Assembly: GCA_043781235.1 (NCBI GenBank)
Contig: JAYWBT010000174.1
Location: 113 to 64,112, forward strand
Direction: 5' to 3'
Length of the DNA: 64,000 bases
Origin: Deltaproteobacteria bacterium
GTDB taxonomy: Bacteria > Myxococcota > Myxococcia > Myxococcales > 40CM-4-68-19
The notes under the pieces are model-generated. The model was not told the origin of the DNA. It saw only the letters and a program-made list of their open reading frames with translations, and did not search any database. A program made the position numbers and the translations under genes. This document shows, piece by piece, positions 45,206 through 56,089 of this stretch; within the stretch, counting starts at the first letter, position 1; each line of letters starts with the position of its first letter.

Positions 45206-46731
45206 CAATCCGCAAGATCCTCATTGCCAACCGCGGCGAGATCGCCGTGCGCGTCGCGCGGACCTGCCGCGAAATGGGCATCAAGACGGTGGCGGTCTAT
45301 TCGGACGCGGACCGCACCGCCCTGCACGTCCGCTCCTGCGACGAGGCGGTGCGCATCGGGCCAGCGGCGTCGCGCGAGAGCTATCTCTTGATTGAAAACG
45401 TCATTGCGGCGGCGCGGCAGGCCGGCGCGGACGCGATTCACCCGGGATATGGTTTTTTGTCCGAGAACGCGAAGTTCGCGCAGGCCTGCACGGACGCGGG
45501 CATCAACTTCATCGGCCCTCCGCCGCAGGCCATGGTCGAGATGGGCGAGAAGACCCGCGCGCGGCGCAAGGCCATCGAGGCGGGCGTGCCGGTCGTGCCC
45601 GGGCTCCAGGAGCCGATTCCCAAGGGCGGCGAGGCCGAGGCAAAAAAGTTCGCGCGCGAGATCGGTTATCCGATCATGCTCAAGGCCGCGGCGGGCGGCG
45701 GCGGCAAGGGCATGCGGCTCGTCACCGATCCGAAGGACTTCGACGCCTCGCTCGCCACCGCGCAGCGCGAAGCGATGGGCGCGTTCAACGATTCGCGCGT
45801 CTATATCGAGAAGGCCATTACCCGGCCAAGGCATATCGAGATCCAGGTCTTTGCCGACAAGCACGGGGGATGCATCTGGCTCGGCGAGCGCGAATGCAGC
45901 GTGCAGCGCCGGCACCAGAAGGTCATTGAAGAGACGCCGAGCGCAATCATTACGCCGGAACTGCGCGCGCAGATGGGCGAGGTGGCGGTGAAGGCCGCGC
46001 TCGCGGTCGACTACGTCGGCGCAGGAACCTGCGAGTTCCTCGTCGATGGGAATACCAAAACTTTTTACTTCCTCGAGATGAATACGCGCCTGCAGGTCGA
46101 GCACCCGGTGACCGAGCTTTGCACCGGCGCGGACCTGGTGCGCTGGCAGATCGAGATCGCCGACGGCGCCCGGCTGCCGTGGACGCAGGAGGAGGTGCTG
46201 CGCAACCTGCGCGGCCACGCCATCGAAGCGCGCATCTACGCCGAGAATCCGGCGAAGAACTTCCTGCCCTCGCCCGGGAACATTTCCGAGCTGCGCCTGG
46301 CCGACGGGCCGGGCGTGCGCAACGACTGCGGCGTCGAGAGCGGGTCGGAGGTGCCGCGCTATTACGACCCGATGATCGCCAAGGTCGCTTGCTGGGCCGA
46401 CACGCGCGAGCACGCCATCGCCAGGCTGCGGCGCGCGCTGGGCGAGACGGTGATCAAGGGCATTACGACCAATACGCAATATCTGAAGCGCGTGCTCGAG
46501 CTCGACGAGTTTCGCCGGGGCGATTACGACACCGGATTGCTCGCCCGCGGGCAGGATCGGCTGCTGGCCGAGGACACCACAGACCAGGAGATCGCCATCG
46601 CCGCCGCCGCGATCTGGCAACTCGGGCAGGATCAGAGGACCGCGCTGCGGGCGCCGGCGCAGTCCGCCGAGGACTCCCCCTGGGCCAGAGCGGGGCGGCT
46701 CGCGCAGATGCGGAAAGGATTCTCGCGATGA
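45202..46731 (+). CDS. accC: biotin carboxylase subunit of an acyl-CoA carboxylase
   Basis: [52 protein letters not shown]. Confidence 0.93.
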
Positions 46732-47288
46732 GGTACCACGCCCTGATCGGAGGCGAGGAGCAACTGGTCGAGGTGACGCCGCGCGGGTCGCCGCACGGCT
46801 CGGCCCCCGGCTCCTCCGGCTCCAACTTCCGCGTGGCCATCCACGCGGGGCCGCGCGAGGCGCCGAACCCGCGCGTGCTCGAGGTGGACGCCGTCCAGCT
46901 CGCGGGCGGCTCCGTTTCGCTGCTGGTCGACGGCCGCAGCGCGCGCTGCGACATCGAGGCCGGCAAGGACGGGGCGCTCTCGGTGCTGGTCAACGGCAGG
47001 GTGCACAGGCTCGAGCTGCTCGACGAGCGCAAGCTGCGGCTGCGGCAGGCGACCGGGAAGTTCTCGCTCGAGGGCCCGCAGCGCGTGGACGCGCCGATGC
47101 CGGGCAAGATCGTGCGCGTGCTGGTGAAGGCCGGCGACGAGGTGGCCGAAGGCCAGGCCCTGGTGGTGGTCGAGGCGATGAAGATGGAAAACGAGCTCAA
47201 GAGCCCCAAGGCGGGCAAGGTGCAGGAGCTGCTCGCGGTCGAGGGCGCCGCGGTGGAGGCCGGGGCCAAGCTGGTCGTGGTCGGCTGA
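46728..47288 (+). CDS. biotin carboxyl carrier protein
   Basis: APMPGKIV, EAMKMENE; ATGA overlap. Confidence 0.93.
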   Translation: MRYHALIGGEEQLVEVTPRGSPHGSAPGSSGSNFRVAIHAGPREAPNPRVLEVDAVQLAGGSVSLLVDGRSARCDIEAGKDGALSVLVNGRVHRLELLDERKLRLRQATGKFSLEGPQRVDAPMPGKIVRVLVKAGDEVAEGQALVVVEAMKMENELKSPKAGKVQELLAVEGAAVEAGAKLVVVG

Positions 47289-47298
47289 CCGCCCGGCT

Positions 47299-48399
47299 TC
47301 AGTGCACCTCGAGCGGAGAGCCTGAGTCGCGCTCGATCATCCGCATCAGCGAGACGAAGAACGAGACGATCAGCGGTCCGAGGATGACGCCGAGCAGGCC
47401 GAAGACCTCGAGTCCGCCCAAGAGCGCGAGAAACATCAGGCCGGTATGCATCTCGCCGCCGCTGGTGCCGCGCAGGATGAGCGGCTTGCCGATGTGCTCG
47501 ACGCCGACCACGCCCACCGCGCACCAGGCGGCGAGGCCGATGGCCGCGCCGTTGTGGCCCGACAGCGCGAGCAGCGCCACCGCGGGCACCCAGACAAGAG
47601 CGGTGCCGATCACCGGAATGAACGACGCCAGCGCGGTGAGCAGGCCGAAGAAGAACGCGTGCGGCACGCCGAAGATGGCGAACCCGATCCCGGCGAGCAC
47701 CCCCTGGATGACGGCGGAGGCGACGGTGCCGATGATCGATCCGGTGGCGACGTCATGGAACTCGCGCAGCAGCTCCTCGGTCTTCTCCGCCTGCAGCGGC
47801 GAGACGTTCCACAACCAGCGGATGACGCGGCGGCCGTCGACCAGCAGGAAGTAGAAGGCGAGCAGCATCAGCACGGTGTGAAAGGCCATCCGACCCGAGC
47901 TGGCGAGCACCTCGGGCGCGACCTCCTGCACCTGGGCGCCCACCTTGCCGGCGCCTTCCTGCACCTGCGCCCGCGTCAGGTGCAGCAGGCCGAGCGTGCG
48001 ATCGACCATGGCCTGCGCGGCCGGCGGCAGCTGCGCGGTCTTCAGCTGCTGCACCGAGGTGACTCCGAGGGTGTCGCGGAGGTACTCAAAGCCAGTCACC
48101 GCCTGGTGCGCCGCGAACCCCGCGACGCTGGCGAGCGGCAGCACGATGACGAGCAGAACGCCCGCGGTCACCAGCGCCGCGGCGGTGCGGCGGCGGCCGC
48201 GCAGCCGGGCCACCAGCGCTTCGAGCGGACGCTGCAGCACCGCCGCCAGCACGGCCGCGAGGAAGATCGGCGCACGGAAGGGCCACACCACATAAAGGAA
48301 GAGCGCCGTGGCGAAGATGGCGAGGACGCCGAACCAGAGCCGTGCGCTGCCGGGCGCAGGGGCGCGGCGCGACGACTCGGACGGCACTTGCTTGAGCAT
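47299..48399 (-). CDS. AI-2E family transporter
   Basis: FYFLLVDG, IQG.LAGIGF, SFIPVIGTALVWVP, FGLLGVILGP; ATG 48399. Confidence 0.9.
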   Translation of the reverse strand: MLKQVPSESSRRAPAPGSARLWFGVLAIFATALFLYVVWPFRAPIFLAAVLAAVLQRPLEALVARLRGRRRTAAALVTAGVLLVIVLPLASVAGFAAHQAVTGFEYLRDTLGVTSVQQLKTAQLPPAAQAMVDRTLGLLHLTRAQVQEGAGKVGAQVQEVAPEVLASSGRMAFHTVLMLLAFYFLLVDGRRVIRWLWNVSPLQAEKTEELLREFHDVATGSIIGTVASAVIQGVLAGIGFAIFGVPHAFFFGLLTALASFIPVIGTALVWVPAVALLALSGHNGAAIGLAAWCAVGVVGVEHIGKPLILRGTSGGEMHTGLMFLALLGGLEVFGLLGVILGPLIVSFFVSLMRMIERDSGSPLEVH

Positions 48400-48616
48400 T
48401 GGATAGACGTAAGCACCGGGCGGACCGTGCGCGAGCCCCGCCGCAGCCTCTTTTGCGCTAGAAGCCAGAGCGCATGGACTCGACCTACCTGCATGGCACC
48501 GCCCCCCTCGAGCAGGACCGTCTCTCGCAGCTGACCCGCGCGATGGCACGCGTTGCAGGCACGCGCGCCGGCGCCGCGCTCTGGTACGCAATCTTCTGGG
48601 CAGAAGGGGTGCGCCG

Positions 48617-50272
48617 ATGACTTCGCCAATGACTCCAATGGAGAAATGGGCCCGCGAGATCTACGCCAGGGCGGCCGCGAAGCCCGGCGCCCTCCGGCAG
48701 TCGGAGTTCCGCACCTCGAGCGGCATTCCGATTGCGCCGTTGTATGGCCCAGGTTCCGGCCCCGGCGATTCCGATAACGACGCCAGGCTCGGCTTCCCGG
48801 GACAATATCCCTATACCCGCGGCGTCCAGCCGACCATGTATCGAGGTCGCTTCTGGACCATGCGGCAATATGCCGGCTTCGGCAGCGCCGAGCAGACCAA
48901 CGAGCGCTTTCGATATCTGCTCGCTTCGGGCCAGACAGGCCTGTCGACCGCCTTCGATCTACCCACCCAGATGGGCCACGACTCCGACAGCGCCAAGGCC
49001 CGCGGCGAGGTGGGCCGCGTCGGCGTCGCCATCGACTCCATCGACGATCTGGAGCGGCTGTTCCACGGAATCGACCTGGGCAAAGTATCCACGTCAATGA
49101 CCATCAACGCGACCGCTGCAACGCTGCTCGCGCTCTACCAGACAGTGGGCGAGGCGCACGGCAGCAAGGCAGCCGATCTTTCCGGGACCATTCAGAACGA
49201 TATCCTCAAGGAGTATATCGCGCGCGGCACCTATATCTATCCGCCCACGCCGTCGATGCGGCTGATCACCGACACCGTCGAATACTGCGGGCGCGTCCTT
49301 CCGAAATGGAATCCCATCAGCATCAGCGGCTATCACATTCGCGAGGCCGGCTCGACCGCGGCGCAGGAGATCGCCTTTACGCTGGGCGACGGCATCGCCT
49401 ACGTGGAGGCGGCCCGGAAGCGCGGCCTCGACGTGGACGGCTTCGCCGGGCGGCTCTCGTTCTTCTTCAACGTCCACAACAATTTCATCGAGGAGGTGGC
49501 GAAGTTCCGCGCCGCGCGGCGGCTCTGGGCGCGCACCATGAAGGAGCGCTTCAAGGCAAAGGACCCGAAGAGCTGGATGCTGCGCTTCCACGCGCAGACC
49601 GCCGGCTCCACGCTCGCCGCGCAGCAGCCGGACAACAACGTCGTCCGCGTCGCGTTGCAGGCCTTCGCCGCGGTGCTGGGCGGCTGCCAGTCGCTCCACA
49701 CCAACGGCCGCGACGAAGCGCTGAGCCTTCCCACCGAAGCGAGCGCGCGCATCGCCCTGCGGACTCAACAAGTCATCGCTCACGAGAGCGGCGTCTGCGA
49801 CTTCATCGATCCGCTTGGCGGGTCGTGGGCGCTCGAGGCGCTCACCGACGAGCTGGAGGGCAAAGCGGTCGAGTACCTGCGCCGCATCGACGAGCTGGGC
49901 GGCATGGTCGAGGCCATCAGCCAGGGCTACCCGCAGCGCGAGATCGAGGAGGCGGCGTACACCGCGCAGCGCGAGCTGGAGGAGAAGAAGCAGATCGTCG
50001 TCGGCGTCAACGCGCTCACAGTCTCAGGCGAGCCGCCCTTCGAGACGATGAAGATCGATCCCGGGCTCGAGGCGCGGCAGGTCGCGCAACTCGCGGCGTT
50101 CCGCGCCGCGCGCGACGGCGCCGCCGCCAGCGCCGCGGTCTCCACGCTGCAGCGCGCCGCGGAAGGTAGCGAGAACCTGGTCCCGCTGATCGTCGCCGCG
50201 GTCAAGGCGCGCGCCACGCTGGGCGAGATCGCCAACGGCCTCCGCAAAGTCTTCGGCGAGCACGGCCATTAG
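48617..50272 (+). CDS. methylmalonyl-CoA mutase catalytic (substrate-binding) subunit, lacking B12 domain
   Basis: [59 protein letters not shown]. Confidence 0.93.
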   Translation: MTSPMTPMEKWAREIYARAAAKPGALRQSEFRTSSGIPIAPLYGPGSGPGDSDNDARLGFPGQYPYTRGVQPTMYRGRFWTMRQYAGFGSAEQTNERFRYLLASGQTGLSTAFDLPTQMGHDSDSAKARGEVGRVGVAIDSIDDLERLFHGIDLGKVSTSMTINATAATLLALYQTVGEAHGSKAADLSGTIQNDILKEYIARGTYIYPPTPSMRLITDTVEYCGRVLPKWNPISISGYHIREAGSTAAQEIAFTLGDGIAYVEAARKRGLDVDGFAGRLSFFFNVHNNFIEEVAKFRAARRLWARTMKERFKAKDPKSWMLRFHAQTAGSTLAAQQPDNNVVRVALQAFAAVLGGCQSLHTNGRDEALSLPTEASARIALRTQQVIAHESGVCDFIDPLGGSWALEALTDELEGKAVEYLRRIDELGGMVEAISQGYPQREIEEAAYTAQRELEEKKQIVVGVNALTVSGEPPFETMKIDPGLEARQVAQLAAFRAARDGAAASAAVSTLQRAAEGSENLVPLIVAAVKARATLGEIANGLRKVFGEHGH

Positions 50273-50295
50273 GAACCAGGGACGACCGCGCTGCT

Positions 50296-51030
50296 TCAGC
50301 GCAGCGCACGGCGGACGGCGCGCGCCACTTCGCACCTGCGCCACCGCTCGAGCACGATCGCGAGCGCAGCGGCCTTGGCCTCGCGCGGCTGCAGATCGAA
50401 GGCGGGATTGAGCGTGCGGCGAAAGTCGAGATCGTGCAGCTCGCCCAGCGCCTCCTGCAGCGGCTCCAGCTCGTCAAGCAGGCCCTCGAGCTTCTTCAGG
50501 GGGAGCAATTCGGCGCGATAGCGGAGCTTCTTGACCGCGATGCGCAGGCGGTGCGCGCCCTTTGGATCCAGCGGATGCCCCATCAGGTCCTCCACCGCGC
50601 GCAGCTTGCGCCGCAGCTGCCTGCGCATGCGATGCCCGCCCAAACGGCCCCGCGGCGCGAGCTCGAGCTGCGCCACGCGCCCCGCCGTCTCCGCGCGGAA
50701 CCTGCGCATCGCCGCCGCAAGCCCCGCTGTCCGCTGCCGCAGCTCGCTGCCCAGCCAGCGCGCGTGCAGCTGCGCATCGCGCACCGCGCCCAGCGCGTCC
50801 TGCAGCTCTTTGAGCTCGCGCGACAGGTCCTGCGGCGCGCCAAAGAGCTGCAGCGCGGCGCGCAGCCTCCGCGTCGCCACGCGCATCGCATGCACGCTCT
50901 CTTTTGATGGCGACGCTGCCGCGACCGCATCCTGGTGCTCGCGAACGTCGCGCAGCCGCGCCGCCAGAACCCGCGGAGCCGCCGCGGCGAGCGGAGTCCT
51001 GCGGCCGAGTCCTTTCACTTTCGTGGCCAT
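50296..51030 (-). CDS. CHAD domain (polyphosphate-binding) protein
   Basis: VHAMRVATRRLRA, LGAVRD, HRLRIAVKKLRY, LQEALGELHD; ATG 51030. Confidence 0.9.
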   Translation of the reverse strand: MATKVKGLGRRTPLAAAAPRVLAARLRDVREHQDAVAAASPSKESVHAMRVATRRLRAALQLFGAPQDLSRELKELQDALGAVRDAQLHARWLGSELRQRTAGLAAAMRRFRAETAGRVAQLELAPRGRLGGHRMRRQLRRKLRAVEDLMGHPLDPKGAHRLRIAVKKLRYRAELLPLKKLEGLLDELEPLQEALGELHDLDFRRTLNPAFDLQPREAKAAALAIVLERWRRCEVARAVRRALR

Positions 51031-51060
51031 GGCGCGGACGATAACGCTACGCTCGGCCCC

Positions 51061-52050
51061 GTGCTGATCAGCGTTCTCTTGCCGGCGCGCAACGCGGCCG
51101 CGACGCTGCCCGAGGCGCTCGCGGGAGTGCTCGCGCAGCAGGGCGTGGAGCTCGAGGTGGTCTGCGTCGATGACGCCTCGACCGACGGCACGCGCGGAAT
51201 CCTCGAGCAGGCGCAAAGGCGCGACGAGCGCGTGCGCGTGGTGCCGGGCGCAGGCCGCGGGCTGGTGGCCGCGCTCAACCTTGGCCTCGCGCACTGCCGC
51301 GGCTCGCTGGTCGCGCGGATGGACGCGGACGATCTGGTGCGCCGGGATCGTCTGCGGCTGCAGGCGGACCTGCTCGCGCGCGCGCCCGCGCTGGGCGCGG
51401 TCGGGAGCCTCGTCCGCTGCATCCCGCGTCCCCTGACTCCGGGGCTCGCGCGGCTGGAGGCCTGGCTCGATTCGCTGGTGACGGCGCAGCAGTGCCACGA
51501 CGCGCGCTTCATCGAGGCGCCGCTCGTGCACCCGAGCGCGACCTTCCGGCGCGAAGCGCTCGAGGGCGTCGGCGGCTGGCAGGACCACGGCTGGGCCGAG
51601 GACTGGGACCTCTTCCTGCGCCTGATCGAAGCGGGCTTCGAGCTCGCGAAGGTCCCCGAGATCCTGCTCTGGTGGCGCGACAGCCCGGAGAGGCTCACGC
51701 GCACCGGCGCCGCCTACCGGTCCGAGCAGATGGTCCGGCTCCGCGCCCACTACCTCGCGCGCGGGCCGCTGCGCGACCGGCCGTTCGATCTCTTTGGCGC
51801 CGGACCCACCGGCAAGCGGCTCGCCCGCGCGCTCGAGCCGCACGGGCTGCGACCGCGCTGCTTCTATGACGTCGATCGCGGCAAGCAGGTCGCGCGCGGC
51901 GCGCGGGTCCTGCACGCAACCGAGCTGCCGCCGCCCGGGGAGGCGCTGCTGGTCTGCGCCGTGGGGGCTTCGGGTGCGCGCGAGGAGATCCGGGCGATGG
52001 TCGGTGCGCAGGGCTACGTCGAAGGACGTGATTACCTCTTCGCCGCCTGA
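51061..52050 (+). CDS. glycosyltransferase family 2 with C-terminal Rossmann-like domain
   Basis: ISVLLPARN, DDASTD, ARMDADD, EDWDL; C-terminal FGAGPTGK. Confidence 0.9.
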   Translation: MLISVLLPARNAAATLPEALAGVLAQQGVELEVVCVDDASTDGTRGILEQAQRRDERVRVVPGAGRGLVAALNLGLAHCRGSLVARMDADDLVRRDRLRLQADLLARAPALGAVGSLVRCIPRPLTPGLARLEAWLDSLVTAQQCHDARFIEAPLVHPSATFRREALEGVGGWQDHGWAEDWDLFLRLIEAGFELAKVPEILLWWRDSPERLTRTGAAYRSEQMVRLRAHYLARGPLRDRPFDLFGAGPTGKRLARALEPHGLRPRCFYDVDRGKQVARGARVLHATELPPPGEALLVCAVGASGAREEIRAMVGAQGYVEGRDYLFAA

Positions 52051-52078
52051 CGAAATCCCGTGCTACTGTCCCGCGCCC

Positions 52079-53458
52079 GTGGCGGGACTGGACGACATCG
52101 GACGGCTGCTGCTCTCCCGCGGCCTGATCGCCGAAGCTGACCTCACGCGCCTGCGCCAGGGCGTCGCCTCCCGCGCGCGCTTCCTGGGCAGCCTGATCGC
52201 GCACGGCATCCCCGAGCCCGAAGTCGCTGGCATCTGCGCCGAGCTGCTCGGCATGCCGGGCGTAGACCTGTCGTGCACGGTCATCGACCTCGAGGTGCTG
52301 CAGCTCGTGCCGCGCATCGTCGCGGAGAGCGATCTGATCCTCCCGCTCTCGTCCGAAGGCGCGCGGCTGCACGCCGCCATCAGCGCGGCCGAGGAGGACC
52401 TGCGCGTCCTCGACGAGGTGCACTTCATCACCGGTCGCGAGGTCTCGCCCTATGCCGCGGTGCCCGGCCCGCTGGAGGAGACCATCGCCGCCGCGTACGA
52501 CGCCAAGGAGCGCGGAGAGAAGTTCTGGCGCGGCGCAGGCGCCACCGCCGGCTCTCCCGCCATCATCGGCGTGGTCCAGCCCCGCGCGGCGGCGCCGACC
52601 GAAGAGGTGCTGGTCCTCACGCCGGATGACATGGTCGCCATGGAAGTCGGGGACGATGACGCCGCGGGCGAAGAGGTGCTGCTCAGCACCCAGGTGCGGG
52701 TCGGCCCGCGCCGCATCCTGGTGGTCGACGACGACCCGGACATCCTCCGACTGCTGCAGAAGGCGCTCACCGCCAGCGGCTACCTGGTGGACACCGCCTC
52801 CGATGGCCGCGAGGCCGAGAAGAAGCTCGCAGGCCCGTTGCCGGATCTGCTGCTGCTCGACGCCATGCTGCCGCACGTGCACGGCTTCGAGATCTGCGGG
52901 CGGATCAAGGCGAGCCCGCGCACAAGCTCGCTGCCGGTGATCATGATCAGCGCCATCTACCGCGGCTGGCGCTTCGCGCAGGACGCGAGAGAGACGTACG
53001 GCGCCGACGACTACGTCGAGAAGCCGTTCCACCTGCCCGACCTCTTGCGCCGCATCCAGCAGCGGCTGGTCGAGGGGACGGGCCAGCCGCCGCCGCAGAA
53101 GGAAGCGGCCGAGAAGTCGTACCAGGAGGGCCTGGCGCTGCTCGAGGCGCATCGTCCGCTCGAGGCGCGCAAGCCGCTCGAGCTGGCGACGCGAATGGAT
53201 CCGTTCTCCGCGCGGGCACACTTCGCGCTCGCTCGCGCGATGCACGAGCAGGGGGACCTGTTCCACGCCATCAGCTCCTATGAGAAGGCGGTCGAGCTGC
53301 GGCCCAACCTCTTTCCGGCGCTGCGCGCGCTCGCCGAGCTGTACCTGGAGAAGGGCTTTCGCCGGAAGGCGGTCGAGACGCTGGAGCGCGCGGCGCTCTC
53401 GGCTCCCGACGCGCCGACGCGCGAGCGGGTCCGCGCCAAGCTCCTGCGGCTGCTCTAG
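52079..53458 (+). CDS. MshEN/GSPII_N-like + receiver + TPR regulator
   Basis: IGRLLLSRGLI, LGMPGVDL; ILVVDDD, LLDAMLP, GADDYVEKP; C-terminal TPR helices. Confidence 0.85.
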   Translation: MAGLDDIGRLLLSRGLIAEADLTRLRQGVASRARFLGSLIAHGIPEPEVAGICAELLGMPGVDLSCTVIDLEVLQLVPRIVAESDLILPLSSEGARLHAAISAAEEDLRVLDEVHFITGREVSPYAAVPGPLEETIAAAYDAKERGEKFWRGAGATAGSPAIIGVVQPRAAAPTEEVLVLTPDDMVAMEVGDDDAAGEEVLLSTQVRVGPRRILVVDDDPDILRLLQKALTASGYLVDTASDGREAEKKLAGPLPDLLLLDAMLPHVHGFEICGRIKASPRTSSLPVIMISAIYRGWRFAQDARETYGADDYVEKPFHLPDLLRRIQQRLVEGTGQPPPQKEAAEKSYQEGLALLEAHRPLEARKPLELATRMDPFSARAHFALARAMHEQGDLFHAISSYEKAVELRPNLFPALRALAELYLEKGFRRKAVETLERAALSAPDAPTRERVRAKLLRLL

Positions 53459-54154
53459 ATGGCGACCGAACCGCCCGGGATGGGTGCCGCCTTTCTGGGA
53501 CTGGACCCGGCTCGCCTGGAGCGCCGCCGCAGGCAGAACCTCGCCGCCCCGCGCACCGACGCGCGTGCAGTCGTCCCCAGCATCCGCAACTTTGCCCAGG
53601 CCATCGATCGCCAGCGCGCACAGGTGGAGCGCATCCCGGTGCTGCGCGCGACGCGGCCCGATCTGGTCCCGGTCGCCGCCGCGCTCGACGCGGCCGAGGT
53701 GGCCGCGCTCGCGCTCAGCGTGGACGATCCGCAGGCCGAGCTGCGCGCCTTTGCCGAGGCGGCGCGCGCGGTCACCGTTCCGGTCCTGCGCACCGACCTC
53801 ATCCTCGAGGAGTTCCAGATCTACCAGACGCGCGCGGCAGGCGGCGATGCCGTGCTGCTCGTCGCGGCCGCTCTGCCGGGCGAGCTGCTGGCGCGCCTCT
53901 GCTCGATCGCCGCGTCGACCCATATGACTTCCTGCGTGCTCTGCGAGGACAGAGCCGAGCTGGAGCGCGCCATCGCCGCGCGCGCGTCGGCGGTGGCGCT
54001 GCGCGATCTGTCGCTGCCGGTCCCGCGCCGCACGCTGGTGGTCGCGCTCGCCGACGCTGCCAGTGGCGCCGACGCGATGCTCGACGCATCCTTGGGCGAC
54101 GCAGCGGACCCCGCGAGCGAGTTCAGGAGGCACCTCGATGGCTCCGCCGTTTAA
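53459..54154 (+). CDS. degenerate indole-3-glycerol-phosphate synthase (TrpC)-like protein
   Basis: PVLRTDLILEEFQIYQTRAAGGDAVLL resembles TrpC PVLRKDFI.D.YQI.EAR..GADA.LL. Confidence 0.7.
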   Translation: MATEPPGMGAAFLGLDPARLERRRRQNLAAPRTDARAVVPSIRNFAQAIDRQRAQVERIPVLRATRPDLVPVAAALDAAEVAALALSVDDPQAELRAFAEAARAVTVPVLRTDLILEEFQIYQTRAAGGDAVLLVAAALPGELLARLCSIAASTHMTSCVLCEDRAELERAIAARASAVALRDLSLPVPRRTLVVALADAASGADAMLDASLGDAADPASEFRRHLDGSAV

Positions 54155-54461
54155 GAAGCACGTCTTCGTCTGCCTGCACGAGCGCGCTGCCGGCGATCCG
54201 CGAGGAGACTGCACCTCCAAGGGAAGCCCGGAACTCCTCAAGGCGCTCAAGAAGTCGCTCAAGGCCCGCGGCCTCTCGGACGAGATCCGCGCCAACAAGG
54301 CCGGCTGTCTCGACAACTGCGAGCGCGGCTGCTCGGTGGTCGTCTATCCGGAGGGCGTCTGGTACGGCGGCGTCCAGCTCGGCGATATCGAGGAGCTCAT
54401 CGACAAGCACCTGATCGGCGGCACCCCGGTCGCGCGCCTGCGCCTCTTCGACAAGCCCTGA
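54138..54461 (+). CDS. thioredoxin-like [2Fe-2S] ferredoxin
   Basis: HVFVC...C...GCLDNC...VVVYPEGVWY; SD AGGAGG. Confidence 0.92.
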   Translation: MAPPFKKHVFVCLHERAAGDPRGDCTSKGSPELLKALKKSLKARGLSDEIRANKAGCLDNCERGCSVVVYPEGVWYGGVQLGDIEELIDKHLIGGTPVARLRLFDKP

Positions 54462-54717
54462 AACAGCCGCTCCTCACAGCAGGAGGGCGGTCGCGTTGGT
54501 GCCGCGGCCTTGCTCGCTCTCGTAGTCGAGCGAGCCGCCGGGCTGGATCAGCGCGGCGCGCGCCATGGCTACGCCCAGGCCAGCGCCCTCGTGGTACGGG
54601 GTCCGCCATGGACCAAGTTTCCGTCGATCGCGGCCCGGAGTCAGCATTGCCGGAACGGCGGTCTCCCCCTGTACGCCGGCGCAGCAGGTGCCTGGCCTTG
54701 CGGGAGGGCGCGGCGGC

Positions 54718-54733
54718 TGGCACGCCGCGTGAA
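54718..54733 (+). promoter_or_regulatory. possible sigma54 promoter of the RND operon
   Basis: TGGCACGCCGCGTGAA: perfect -24 element, -12 is GA rather than GC. Confidence 0.4.
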
Positions 54734-54745
54734 CGGGAGGCCTGG

Positions 54746-56089
54746 ATGAAATTGCGCGAGCTCTGGTCCGTTCCTGCAGGTTCCGTTCGTCGAGGGATCA
54801 TGCGGATTGGGTGCGTGCCGGCACTGGCGTTGTTCCTTCGGTCGATGCCCGCGCTCGCGCTGCAGCCGCTGGAGGTGTTCGTCGCCGCGGCGAGCGCGCA
54901 CAATCCCGACGCGCTGGAGTCGCGGGCCAACGTCGAGCTGCAGCGCGCGCAGGCCGACGTGGCGATGGGGCGCGTGCTCCCGGGCATCTCGGCGCGCGGC
55001 GCGTTCACCCGGAACGAGTACGACTCGGTCATCGACCTGGGGCCCGGCCAGGGGCGGCTGACCGTCGTGCCGATCAACCAGCGGGACGCCGCGGCCACGC
55101 TCACCGTGCCGCTGTTGGACCTCGCGGGCTTCCAGCGCGTGGCGGCGGCGAAGACCGCGGCCAGCGCCGCCGGCGAGCAGCTCGCCTCGACGCAGCTCCA
55201 GGTCCAGGCGGTGGTCGCGCAGGACTATTACCAGCTGGTGGCGAACCTCGCGCTTGTCACCGCCGCGCAGAAGGCGCTCGACGTCTCGCGGGAGAGCGCG
55301 CGGCTGGCTCAGAACCGGATGAACGCTGGCGTGGCGCCGGAGCTGGACCTCGACCGCGCGCGCGCCGATGTCGAGCAGCAGAGCCAGCAGCTCTCGGCGG
55401 CTGGCCTCCAGGTCGCGCTCGCCAGCCGCGCGCTGGAGTCGGCCTCCGGGGTGACGCCGGAGGCGGCCGCGGGGATTGCGCTCGACGACGATCTGCACGC
55501 CGAGCCGGCGCTCGCCACGGCCGAGGCGGGTGTCGAAGGCCTGCCCTCGGTGGCGGCAGCCGCCGCGAGCACGCGCGCCGCCGGGCAGCAGCTCGACGCG
55601 CAACGCTTGTCGCTGCTGCCCACCATCGCCGGCACCTTCACCGAGCGCGGCACCAGCTCGCCCGGCTTCACCGGCCACAACTGGTCGTGGCAGGCGGTGC
55701 TGGGCTTCAACTGGGTATTCGACCTGACCGCGCCGGCGAACATCCAGGTTCAGGGCGCGTCGCTCAGCGCCGCTCGGGCCCGCGAGCTGCGCGTGCGCCT
55801 GGCCGCCAGGGACGCCGTCCACCGGCAGTGGGCCACCGTGGAGGCATCGATCGCCCGCAGCCGCTCGGCGCGCGCGGGCCTCGCCGCCGCCAACCGCGCC
55901 TCCGGCTCTGCGCGCGACCGATACCAGGCCGGCGCCATCACCCAGCTCGAGCTCCTGCAGGCGCAGCGCGACGCCTTCGCCGCCGAGGTCTCTCGCATCC
56001 AGGCGGACGCCGATCTGGTCAACGCCCGCGCCCAGCTTCGCCTTGCCACCGGAACCTCCCTCCTCAACACCAACGGTAAAGTGCCATGA
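54746..56089 (+). CDS. TolC-family outer membrane efflux protein
   Basis: Repeated OEP helices, RYQAGAITQLELLQAQ; first gene of the RND operon; start 54746 or 54800. Confidence 0.9.
   Translation: MKLRELWSVPAGSVRRGIMRIGCVPALALFLRSMPALALQPLEVFVAAASAHNPDALESRANVELQRAQADVAMGRVLPGISARGAFTRNEYDSVIDLGPGQGRLTVVPINQRDAAATLTVPLLDLAGFQRVAAAKTAASAAGEQLASTQLQVQAVVAQDYYQLVANLALVTAAQKALDVSRESARLAQNRMNAGVAPELDLDRARADVEQQSQQLSAAGLQVALASRALESASGVTPEAAAGIALDDDLHAEPALATAEAGVEGLPSVAAAAASTRAAGQQLDAQRLSLLPTIAGTFTERGTSSPGFTGHNWSWQAVLGFNWVFDLTAPANIQVQGASLSAARARELRVRLAARDAVHRQWATVEASIARSRSARAGLAAANRASGSARDRYQAGAITQLELLQAQRDAFAAEVSRIQADADLVNARAQLRLATGTSLLNTNGKVP

Noticed and set aside
47299-48399. AI-2E transporter as part of the proposed peptide signalling system
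   Set aside because: It lies 40 kb away, and the family name does not imply a signalling role.
48544-48557. TGGCACGCGTTGCA, sigma54-like box upstream of the mutase
   Set aside because: GG-to-GC spacing is 8 nt rather than the required 10.
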